59,394 nucleotides of DNA from NCBI GenBank assembly GCA_964608275.1, contig CAZSNL010000006.1:493-59886 (forward strand). Direction: 5' to 3'. Shown one piece after another: positions 51,535-59,394 of the stretch (its first letter is position 1; the number at the start of each line of letters is the position of its first letter). The notes under the pieces were generated by a model. That model was not told where the DNA came from. It did not search any database and saw only the letters and a list, made by a program, of their open reading frames with translations. The stretch comes from an uncultured Hyphomicrobiales bacterium. Its GTDB lineage: Bacteria; Pseudomonadota; Alphaproteobacteria; Rhizobiales; CAZSNL01. The position numbers and the translations under genes were made by a program.

Positions 51535-51941
51535 GGGCTGACGGCAACCCGTTCGGCTTTGCGCCGCGCCCCCGCCGGCGGCGGGGGGTGTCGCTGACGC
51601 CGCTGATCGACATCGTATTCCTCCTGATCGTGTTCTTCATGCTGGCGTCGTCGTTCGCCGAGCCGGAGGCGATCGGGCTTCAGACCGCCGCCGCCGGCAC
51701 CGGCAGCGGCGGCGAGCCCCACGTCCTGGTCAGGCTTGCCGCGGATGGCGGGGTCACCGTCAACGGCCGCGCGGTCGGCGGCGACGGGCTCGAGGCGCAT
51801 GCGGCGACGCTGGTGGCGCGGCGGCCGGACGCACGGTTCGCCGTCGACGCGGCGGACGACGCGCCGGTGCAGGCGATCGTCGACGTCATCGACGCGCTGG
51901 CGCGCGCCGGCGCCGGCCGGCTGGTGCTGGTCGAGCAGTGA
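51531..51941 (+). CDS. exbD: ExbD/TolR family protein
   Basis: LTPLIDIVFLLIVFFM. Confidence 0.92.
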   Translation: MRADGNPFGFAPRPRRRRGVSLTPLIDIVFLLIVFFMLASSFAEPEAIGLQTAAAGTGSGGEPHVLVRLAADGGVTVNGRAVGGDGLEAHAATLVARRPDARFAVDAADDAPVQAIVDVIDALARAGAGRLVLVEQ

Positions 51942-52357
51942 TGCGGTTCCGCTCACCGACGGCGCGGCGGGTGCAGCGGGAGAACACCGTCCCGCTCATC
52001 AACATCGTGTTCCTGCTGCTGATCTTCTTCCTGCTGACGAGCGTGCTCGCGCCGGGCGACCCGTTCGCCATCACGCCGCCCGAGGCGGAGACCGGCGCCG
52101 CGGCCGACGACCCCGTGCCGACCCTCTATCTCGCCGCCGACGGGCGGCTGTCGGCAGGCAGCGGCAGTACCGCCGGCGCCACCGGAGGTGCTGCCGGGAC
52201 GGCAATCGCCGCCGCCGTCGCCGGGGCCGCCGAGCCGACGGTGCGGATCAAGGCGGATGCCGCGGCGCGGGCCGGCGATCTCAGGCGCGCCATCGCCATC
52301 GCGCGGGGAGCCGGCGCGGCGCACATCGAGGTGGTGACCGAGCGGAGGCGGCAATGA
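51938..52357 (+). CDS. exbD: second ExbD/TolR family protein (Asn variant)
   Basis: VPLINIVFLLLIFF, IKADA. Confidence 0.88.
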   Translation: MMRFRSPTARRVQRENTVPLINIVFLLLIFFLLTSVLAPGDPFAITPPEAETGAAADDPVPTLYLAADGRLSAGSGSTAGATGGAAGTAIAAAVAGAAEPTVRIKADAAARAGDLRRAIAIARGAGAAHIEVVTERRRQ

Positions 52358-53442
52358 CCCGGTGGGGCAACCTCGCCGGGTGGACCGGGGCGCTCGTCCT
52401 GTCGGTCCTGGTGCATGCCGGCGCGCTGTTCGCCATCCAAAGCCTCAAGGCGGAGCAGCCGGCGGGGTTCGGGACCGCCCGCGACTCCGAGCTGGTCGTG
52501 TCGACCGCGAGCCTTGCCGCACCGGAGGCCGCGCCGACCCTGCCCGGCGCCGACGCCGAGGAGGCCGGAGAGGCCGCCGACGCGGACACGGTGACGGCGG
52601 ACGACGGTCCCGTGGCCGAGGCGGTGGAGGCCACCATCGTCGACGAACCAGCGACCGACGCGTCGGCCGCGGAGATCGCGGCGGCGGCGCAGCCACCCGT
52701 CGCCACCGACGAGGCGGCGCCCGAGGAGGCGGCCGAGCCGCCTGCAGCGGACGAAGCCGCGACAGGCGCGCCGGAGGACGCGGTGCCGGCGGCACCCTCC
52801 CCCGTCACGGCGGCGACGGCCGAGGTTGCGGTGGCCGGGGCGCCGGTTCCGGACGAGGCGGCCGCGGTGACACCTGAAAATCCGGACGCAGCCGAAGAGG
52901 TCGCGGTGCTCGCCGCGCAGCCGCCGGCGGAGACGGTCGCGGCCCGCTCGTTCGTGCCGCCGCTGCCGCGGGACAAGCCGTTGCGGCCAATTCCTCAGAA
53001 ACCAATTCAACAGGTTGAGAAAACGATTCAGGGCGCGCCCCGGCGCAGCGCATCGCAGCGCTCAGGCCAGCGCACCGCGAGAGCGGGCCAGGCAACCGGC
53101 GAGGCCGCGGCCCCGCGCGCCGGGTCGTCGGGCCCGGCGGGCGGCGCCGAAGCGAGGCAGGCGGCGCGCCGCTACGGGGCGCAGGTGCGGGCATGGATCG
53201 AGCGCCACAAGCGCTATCCGGCGGAAGCGCGCGCCCGCGGCGTCGAGGGGGTGGTGCGGATCGCTGCGACCATCGACGGCAACGGCCGGGTGACGAGCTA
53301 CCGGATCGTCGCGAGCTCAGGCCACAAGGTGCTCGACGCCGAGGTGGACGCGCTGATGCGGCGCGCCTCCCCGTTCCCGAAGCCGCCGGCCGAACTCGGC
53401 CGGTTCGCCTTCGCGGTACCGATCGCGTTCGAGATCCGGTAG
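52354..53442 (+). CDS. tonB: energy transducer TonB
   Basis: SVLVH TM motif, Ala/Glu/Pro-rich linker, YPAEARARGVEGVV, SSGHKVLD. Confidence 0.9.
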   Translation: MTRWGNLAGWTGALVLSVLVHAGALFAIQSLKAEQPAGFGTARDSELVVSTASLAAPEAAPTLPGADAEEAGEAADADTVTADDGPVAEAVEATIVDEPATDASAAEIAAAAQPPVATDEAAPEEAAEPPAADEAATGAPEDAVPAAPSPVTAATAEVAVAGAPVPDEAAAVTPENPDAAEEVAVLAAQPPAETVAARSFVPPLPRDKPLRPIPQKPIQQVEKTIQGAPRRSASQRSGQRTARAGQATGEAAAPRAGSSGPAGGAEARQAARRYGAQVRAWIERHKRYPAEARARGVEGVVRIAATIDGNGRVTSYRIVASSGHKVLDAEVDALMRRASPFPKPPAELGRFAFAVPIAFEIR

Positions 53443-53588
53443 CCGCGGGCCCGGCCGCCGCGGCGGCCAGCCGATGGTCGCCGTGCAGGGCCGGAAGGTC
53501 GAATTCCGCCTTGCAAGCACAACGCGAAGGTATAACGTCGCCGTGAGGTTGTGCCGGCCGCAGCAGCCGGAAGGCCGCGGGAGGAACC

Positions 53589-55151
53589 ATGGAAACGGAA
53601 GCGAGCGCCGAACGACGGGAGCGGCGACGCGGCGGCGGGCGCCGCGGACGGGCGGCGGACGGACCGGCACTGGAGCAGCTGCCGTGGCAGCAGCCGGTGA
53701 TCCCGTTCCCGCCGCTGGAACTGGTGTCGGCCGACGAGCTGGAGGCGATCCACCTCGCCTCGCTGGAGATCCTCGAGGACATCGGCATCGACTTCCTGCT
53801 GCCGGAGGCGCGGGCGCTGATGCGCCAGGCCGGCGCCGACGTGAAGACGGATTCGGAGCGGGTGCGGATCGACCGCGGGCTGGTCGAGCAGGCGCTCGCC
53901 ACGACGCCGGAAACGTTCACCCTGCACGCCCGCAACCCGGCCCACAACCTCGAGGTCGGCGGCAACCGGATGGCATTCGGCTGCGTCTCCAGCCCGCCCA
54001 ACTGCTCGGACATGGATCGCGGCCGGCGGCCCGGGAACCGCGAGGACTTCCGGAACCTCGTCCGGCTGTCGCAGTACTTCAACATGGTCCACTTCGTCGG
54101 CGGCTACCCGGTGGAGCCGGTCGACCTGCACCCGTCGATCCGCCATCTCGACGCGCTGAGCGACATGGCGCGGCTGACCGACAAGGTGTTCCACGCCTAT
54201 TCGCTCGGCTACGAGCGGATCCGCGACGGGCTCGAGATCGCCCGCATCGCCCGCGGCGTCTCCGACGAGCAGCTCGAACGGGAGCCGTCGCTGCTCACCA
54301 TCATCAATTCCAGTTCGCCGCTCAGGATCGACGCGCCGATGCTGCGCGGGGTGATGGAGATGGCGGCGCGCAACCAGGTGACCTGCGTGACGCCGTTCAC
54401 GCTGGCCGGCGCCATGGCACCGGTGACGCTCGCAGGCGCGCTTGCCCAGCAGAACGCCGAGTGCCTGGCCGGGCTGGTGTTCGCCCAGGTGGTGCGGCCG
54501 GGCTCGCCGTTCATCTACGGCGGCTTCACCTCCAACGTCGACATGAAGTCGGGGGCGCCGGCGTTCGGCACCCCGGAGTACATGAAGACGGCGGTGATCG
54601 GCGGCCAGCTCGCCCGCCGCTACCGCCTGCCCTACCGCACCTCGGGGGTGAACGCCGCCAACACCGTCGACGCCCAGGCCGCCTACGAATCGGTGTTTGC
54701 GCTGTGGGGCGTCGTCATGGGCCACGGCAACATCGTCAAGCACGCCGCCGGCTGGCTGGAGGGCGGGCTGTGCGCGTCGTTCGAGAAGTTCGTGGTCGAC
54801 ATCGACATCCTGCAGATGGTGACCGAGTTCCTAAAGCCGATCGCGGTCGACCGCGACTCGCTTGCCCTCGACGCCATCCGCGACGTCGGCCCGGGTGGCC
54901 ATTTCTTCGGCACGCCGCATACACAGGAACGCTACCGGACCGCGTTCTACGCGCCGATCATCTCCGACTGGCGCAACTACGAGACGTGGGCGGAAGCGGG
55001 CAGGCCGGAGGCGTGGCAGAAGGCGAACCGGCTCTACAAGGCGGCGCTCGCCGACTACGAGCAGCCGCCGCTCGACCCGGCGATCGACGAGGAACTCACC
55101 GCGTTCGTCGAACGCCGCAAGCGCGAAGGCGGCGCGCCGACCGACTTCTGA
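53589..55151 (+). CDS. trimethylamine methyltransferase (MttB) family protein, non-pyrrolysine
   Basis: [56 protein letters not shown]. Confidence 0.93.
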   Translation: METEASAERRERRRGGGRRGRAADGPALEQLPWQQPVIPFPPLELVSADELEAIHLASLEILEDIGIDFLLPEARALMRQAGADVKTDSERVRIDRGLVEQALATTPETFTLHARNPAHNLEVGGNRMAFGCVSSPPNCSDMDRGRRPGNREDFRNLVRLSQYFNMVHFVGGYPVEPVDLHPSIRHLDALSDMARLTDKVFHAYSLGYERIRDGLEIARIARGVSDEQLEREPSLLTIINSSSPLRIDAPMLRGVMEMAARNQVTCVTPFTLAGAMAPVTLAGALAQQNAECLAGLVFAQVVRPGSPFIYGGFTSNVDMKSGAPAFGTPEYMKTAVIGGQLARRYRLPYRTSGVNAANTVDAQAAYESVFALWGVVMGHGNIVKHAAGWLEGGLCASFEKFVVDIDILQMVTEFLKPIAVDRDSLALDAIRDVGPGGHFFGTPHTQERYRTAFYAPIISDWRNYETWAEAGRPEAWQKANRLYKAALADYEQPPLDPAIDEELTAFVERRKREGGAPTDF

Positions 55152-55264
55152 GCGGCCGGCCGGGGGGGCGCCATGCGCCGGCCACGAGCGGCACTGCCGC
55201 CGACGCGGCCGGAAAGGCGGCATCAGCCGCGGTCAAGTTCCGCCGCGGCGCCCGACCCGGTCCG

Positions 55265-55684
55265 CTACCAGGCCGCCCGCGACCGGCCGCTGCCGGGAAG
55301 GTGATACTCGCCGTCCGGCATGGCGTAGTAGTCGCCGGCGAAATCGCAGAATATGTGGCCGGCCGTGGCGAGCCCGGTCGCGCCATCGAGGGTGCCGGCC
55401 GCGATCGCGACATAGTCGCGCCCGTCGCCCTGCCAGAACAGGCTCGACCCGCACTCGGCGCAGAATCCGCGGCGGGCGGTGTCCGACGAGCGAAACCACC
55501 TGAGCGTCTCGCCGGCGACGACCCGGAATTCGGCAAGGCGGGCCGCCGTCGCCGCCATGTAGTGCCCGGTCCACTTGCGGCACTGGACGCAATGGCAGCC
55601 GACCACCGGGCGGAGCGGCCCCCGAACCTCGTAGCGCACGCCGCCGCAGAGGCACGATCCGGTATGCCGTTCGCTGTCGTTCAT
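55265..55684 (-). CDS. GFA/CENP-V family protein
   Basis: GSCLCGGV, CHCVQCRK, RGFCAECGS. Confidence 0.92.
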   Translation of the reverse strand: MNDSERHTGSCLCGGVRYEVRGPLRPVVGCHCVQCRKWTGHYMAATAARLAEFRVVAGETLRWFRSSDTARRGFCAECGSSLFWQGDGRDYVAIAAGTLDGATGLATAGHIFCDFAGDYYAMPDGEYHLPGSGRSRAAW

Positions 55685-55754
55685 CGGCCCTGCCCTCTCC
55701 TGCCATGCCGGGGCGCCGCGGGGACGTTTGCGGCGGGGCAGTTTAGCGCCGGCG

Positions 55755-56561
55755 GGCGCGCTGGTGAACCGCAGACACGGGACCGCGCGGGCACACCCTC
55801 GTCATTGCGGTTAAACCGTCACCCCGGCGAAGGCCGGGGTCCAGGGCAGCCTCTCCGCATGCCGCCCACGCCGGACTGGATTCCGGCCTGGGCCGGAATG
55901 ACGGGGATGGTGCATGCAGCGGGGGATGCGGCGGAGATGCGGCACACCGCGCCCGGCCCCGGATCAGCAGCGCATCACCGGGCTTCGCCCGGCGCCCGCG
56001 CAGCATCCGGGGTGACACGCTCCTTGTGTCGCCCTCTCCTCGGGTGTCATCCCGTACGCGGTGCAGCGGCGTGCCGCCAGGCGCGCTGGTGAACCGCAGA
56101 CACGGGACCGCGCGGGCACACCCTCGTCATTGCGGTTAAACCGTCACCCCGGCGAAGGCCGGGGTCCAGGGCAGCCTCTCCGCATGCCGCCCACGCCGGA
56201 CTGGATTCCGGCCTGGGCCGGAATGACGGGGATGGTGCATGCAGCGGGGGATGCGGCGGAGATGCGGCACACCGCGCCCGGCCCCGGACCGGCAGCGCTT
56301 CACCGGGCTTCGCCCGGCGCCCGCGCAGCATCCGGGGTGACACATGACACATGATCGTTGGTGTCATCCCGTGCGTGGCACCCCTCTCCTCGGGTGTCAT
56401 CCCGTGCGCGGTGCAGCGTTACAACGGTGCACCGCAGACACGGGACCGCGGCATCCCGTCGTCATCTCGGTGAATCCGTCACCCCGGCGAAGGCCGGGGT
56501 ACAGGGCGACCATTCCGCATGCCGCCCGCGCCGGACTGGATTCCGGCCTGCCGGAATGACG
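55755..56561. repeat. composite REP/BIME-like cluster with a 264 bp direct duplication and a diverged third partial copy
   Basis: 55755-56018 matches 56080-56343 (offset 325, about 3 mismatches); third copy about 56382-56561; each contains CGTCACCCCGGCGAAGGCCGGGGT...GATTCCGGCCT...CCGGAATGACG. Confidence 0.9.
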
Positions 56562-56636
56562 GCGGTGTGCAGGCGCCGCGCCCCTCTTCCATTGTCAATT
56601 CGAGGGCGTGCGTGCCGACGACGCAATCCCGGAATG

Positions 56637-57353
56637 CTACCCCCCGGTGCGGGCGCGGCGGAATGCCGACATGTGGAACCGTGCCTGCTCGGGCGCACAG
56701 GCATACTCCTGGCCGACCGGGCAGGCGTGGCGCGCCCGGCAGCCGTACCCGGCGCAGTCATCGCCGTCCGGTGTCTCCAGATGACGGGCGCAGGCGGCGG
56801 TGTCGTAGCCCGCTTCGGTGAACGCATCCACCGGACACGCCGAAAGGCATGGCCTCGTCGCACAGCTCTCGCACGGATGGGCGGCGACCTCGCCGCCGCC
56901 AGCGGCAGCAACCGGGGCGTCGAACAGGAGGCACGCGCGGTAGGCATGCCAGAGGCCGAAGCGCGGGTGGATGGTCAGGCCAAGCGGCGAACGGTGGAGG
57001 ATGCCGGTCCGGTACGCCCAGCGCTGGAACGGCAGCGGCGGCGTGTCGAACGGAAACACCGCGCGGGCGCCGAGGCGGCCGGCCAGCGCGCCGATGCGCT
57101 CGCGGGTCCAGTCATCGAGGCGGTCTGCCGCGGGATCCCGCTCGGCGGAGAAGCGCCGCCACATGGCAGGGCCGACGTTGCCGACCAGCAGCGCGGCCCG
57201 CGCCGGGCGGCCGGGAGCGACGTCCGGCACGCCGTCACCGTCGCGCGGCTCGAAGGCGCCGAGGACGACGAAGCCGGCGTCCTCGATCATCGCGTACACG
57301 AACCCGTCGCCGTCGCTGTCGCAGTCCCGGCTTGCGCAGCCCGACGCGCTCAC
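56637..57353 (-). CDS. Fe-S protein with a QueG/CblC-like putative cobalamin-binding region
   Basis: IHPRFGLWHAYRA, CESCATRPCLSACP, CRARHACP; start uncertain (alternative 57290). Confidence 0.75.
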   Translation of the reverse strand: MSASGCASRDCDSDGDGFVYAMIEDAGFVVLGAFEPRDGDGVPDVAPGRPARAALLVGNVGPAMWRRFSAERDPAADRLDDWTRERIGALAGRLGARAVFPFDTPPLPFQRWAYRTGILHRSPLGLTIHPRFGLWHAYRACLLFDAPVAAAGGGEVAAHPCESCATRPCLSACPVDAFTEAGYDTAACARHLETPDGDDCAGYGCRARHACPVGQEYACAPEQARFHMSAFRRARTGG

Positions 57354-57380
57354 GTCATCCCCTGAGCGTACGGACGGGCG

Positions 57381-57884
57381 CTATGCCACCCGTCCCTCGC
57401 CGCGGCCGAGCTTGTCGGGAAGCGGCTCGCCCGCAGGCACGAACTCCAGCGAGACGGAGTTGATGCAGTAGCGCAGGCCGGTCGGCGGCGGGCCGTCGGG
57501 AAACACGTGACCGTGGTGGCTGTCGCACCGCGTGCAGCGGATCTCGATGCGCCGCATGCCGTAGCTCGTATCCTCGAGCGGCCGCAGATGCGCGTCGTCG
57601 AACGGCGCGGTAAAGCTCGGCCAGCCGGTCCCGGAGTCGAACTTCTCACCGGAGCGGAACAGCGGCAGCCCGCACAGCTTGCAGCAATACGTCCCCGGCC
57701 CGTGGTCAGACAGGAGCGAGCCGCAGAACGGCGGCTCGGTGCCGTGATCGAGCAGGACGACGCGCTCTTCCTCGGTCAGTGCCGCCTCGAGTTCGCTGCG
57801 GCGATCGGCATCGGGCGGCGACAGGTCGAAGCCGGACTGGGAGCGGTAACGGATGGCGGTCGAGGTCATGCTGTCCATGGTCAT
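57381..57884 (-). CDS. msrB: methionine-R-sulfoxide reductase
   Basis: [39 protein letters not shown]. Confidence 0.96.
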   Translation of the reverse strand: MTMDSMTSTAIRYRSQSGFDLSPPDADRRSELEAALTEEERVVLLDHGTEPPFCGSLLSDHGPGTYCCKLCGLPLFRSGEKFDSGTGWPSFTAPFDDAHLRPLEDTSYGMRRIEIRCTRCDSHHGHVFPDGPPPTGLRYCINSVSLEFVPAGEPLPDKLGRGEGRVA

Positions 57885-58507
57885 GCCCTTTCTGACTGGC
57901 GGCGGGCCTGCGGCTTGAGCTCTTCCGGGTACGTTTCCACGAGCTTCCTCACCTTGGGTTCGGCAACGGCGCGGATATATGGCTGGTCCGGGTTCCGCCG
58001 CGCGTAGTCGTGGTGATAGTCCTCGGCCGGGAAGAACCGGTCGAGCGGCTCCAGCCTAGTGGCGATCGGCGCATCGAATATGCCCGCATCGTCCAGCTGC
58101 CGGATATAGGACTCGGCGACGCGGCGCTGATCCTCGCTTTCGTAGAAGACCGCCGACCGGTACTGGCTGCCTACGTCGGCGCCCTGGCGGTTGACCTGGG
58201 TCGGGTCGTGCGAGACCGAGAAGAAGACCTTGAGGATCTGCCCGTAGCTGACGACCGACGGATCGTAGCGGATCTCTATCGCCTCGGCGTGCCCGGTCCT
58301 GCCGGTGCACACCGACCTGTAGTCCGCCGTCTCGGCCGAGCCGCCGGCATAGCCGGGCCGCACCGAATGAACGCCATCGAGCAGGCGGAAGACGGCCTCC
58401 GTGCACCAGAAGCAGCCGCCCGCCAGTACCGCGGTGGCCGGCGCCTCCCCGGCCGCGAGGTCCGCGGCCGGATCGGGAAAGTCGCGCGGGTCAATGTTCA
58501 GCGCCAT
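57881..58507 (-). CDS. msrA: methionine-S-sulfoxide reductase
   Basis: [31 protein letters not shown]. Confidence 0.96.
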   Translation of the reverse strand: MALNIDPRDFPDPAADLAAGEAPATAVLAGGCFWCTEAVFRLLDGVHSVRPGYAGGSAETADYRSVCTGRTGHAEAIEIRYDPSVVSYGQILKVFFSVSHDPTQVNRQGADVGSQYRSAVFYESEDQRRVAESYIRQLDDAGIFDAPIATRLEPLDRFFPAEDYHHDYARRNPDQPYIRAVAEPKVRKLVETYPEELKPQARRQSERA

Positions 58508-58580
58508 GGTTCCATCCTTTCCGGTTCTGCGCCGGCGGGCCCGGCCTCCGCGTGCAGCCGGCCGATCCGACCGTTTCGCC

Positions 58581-59394
58581 CTACTCGAACGTGTCCGGCA
58601 ACGACGCCTTCTTCCTGGCGATGAAGTCCTGCAGGGCCTCGTCGATGTCTGGATCCAGCGTCGGCGCCTCGTATTCGGCCAACCAGGTCTTCCAGATGCC
58701 GTTCGCCCTCTGCGCGGCGTCCTTGCCGCCATCCTGCTCCCACTGCTCGAACGAGTTGTTGTCCGCCACACCGGAGCGGAAGAACGCGGTCTCGAAGTTC
58801 GCCTGGGTGTGGGCACATCCCAGATAGTGACTGCCGGGGCCGACTTCACGGATGGCATCGAGCGCCTGGCCATTTTCGTCGAGGGCGATGCCTTCGGTAA
58901 AGCGCTGCATCATCGCACACTGGTCGGCATCGATAATGAACTTCTCGTAGGACGACACAAGACCGCCTTCCAGCCAGCCGGCCGCATGCAGCACGAAATT
59001 GACGCCGGCCAGCACCGTCGGCACGAGGGTCTGGGTGCTCTCGTGGGCGGCCTGGGCGTCGGGCAGCTTCGATGCGCACAGCGAGCCGCCGGAGCGGAAC
59101 GGCAGGCCCAGCCTGCGGGCGAGCTGGGCGGCGCCATAGAGCACCAGCGCCGGCTCCGGCGTACCGAACGTCGGCGCCCCCGACTGCATGGAAATCGAAC
59201 TGGAAAAGGTACCGAACACCACCGGCGCGCCGGGCCGGCAGAGCTGGGCAAACGCCATCCCGGCCATCGCCTCGGCGAGGATCTGGGTCAGCGTGCCGGC
59301 AATCGTGACCGGCGACATCGCCCCCGACAGGATGAACGGCGACACGACGGTCGCCTGATTGGCGCGGGCATAGACCTTGAGCGCGCCGAGCATG
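58581..59394 (-). CDS. second MttB-family methyltransferase, C-terminal part (runs off window end)
   Basis: [49 protein letters not shown]. Confidence 0.92.
   Translation of the reverse strand, partial: MLGALKVYARANQATVVSPFILSGAMSPVTIAGTLTQILAEAMAGMAFAQLCRPGAPVVFGTFSSSISMQSGAPTFGTPEPALVLYGAAQLARRLGLPFRSGGSLCASKLPDAQAAHESTQTLVPTVLAGVNFVLHAAGWLEGGLVSSYEKFIIDADQCAMMQRFTEGIALDENGQALDAIREVGPGSHYLGCAHTQANFETAFFRSGVADNNSFEQWEQDGGKDAAQRANGIWKTWLAEYEAPTLDPDIDEALQDFIARKKASLPDTFE

Noticed and set aside
53589-55151. Pyrrolysine recoding in MttB
   Set aside because: ORF is uninterrupted, with no amber codon and no pyl genes in the window.
55755-56561. Possible CRISPR array or repeated small ORFs
   Set aside because: Units are long palindromic duplications without unique spacers; no cas genes; the ORFs are just translations of the repeat.

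Overview
High-GC alphaproteobacterial (probably Hyphomicrobiales-like) chromosomal segment with no integrase, transposase or CRISPR array. In order it holds: the 5' part of thrS with a tRNA-Thr anticodon-like leader hairpin; an accessory block (Omp25-like barrel, YciI, two serralysin-type RTX metalloproteases, CGTC-type palindromic repeats); housekeeping genes (yidD, NifU-like, folE, hisI, patatin, split xdhC, mocA fusion, radC, map, sfsA, cinA-like, gpt, tRNA-Leu(UAA)); a BMP-type purine ABC transporter with an 8-oxoguanine-deaminase-like gene; and a divergent five-gene N-carbamoylase/aminotransferase/SDR/ureohydrolase/amidase operon. These are followed by an orphan Tat-exported peptide-binding protein, a CoA-transferase and an alpha/beta hydrolase. 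A ~15 kb module then contains a truncated Tad locus, two RTX paralogs, two Rnk-like genes, an OmpR regulator, an 8-PAS hybrid kinase and a DUF1127 gene; three of its upstream regions share a ~50 bp GTTTC-based motif. The window ends with a methyltransferase, exbB-exbD-exbD-tonB, two non-pyrrolysine MttB paralogs flanking a GFA gene, a tandemly duplicated composite REP cluster, a CblC/QueG-like Fe-S protein and msrAB. Best leads: the shared-motif regulon, the thrS anticodon-mimic operator, the CblC-like protein beside MttB, and the uncharacterised guanidino/ureido catabolic operon. All product calls come from motif recognition by eye; no database searches were run.
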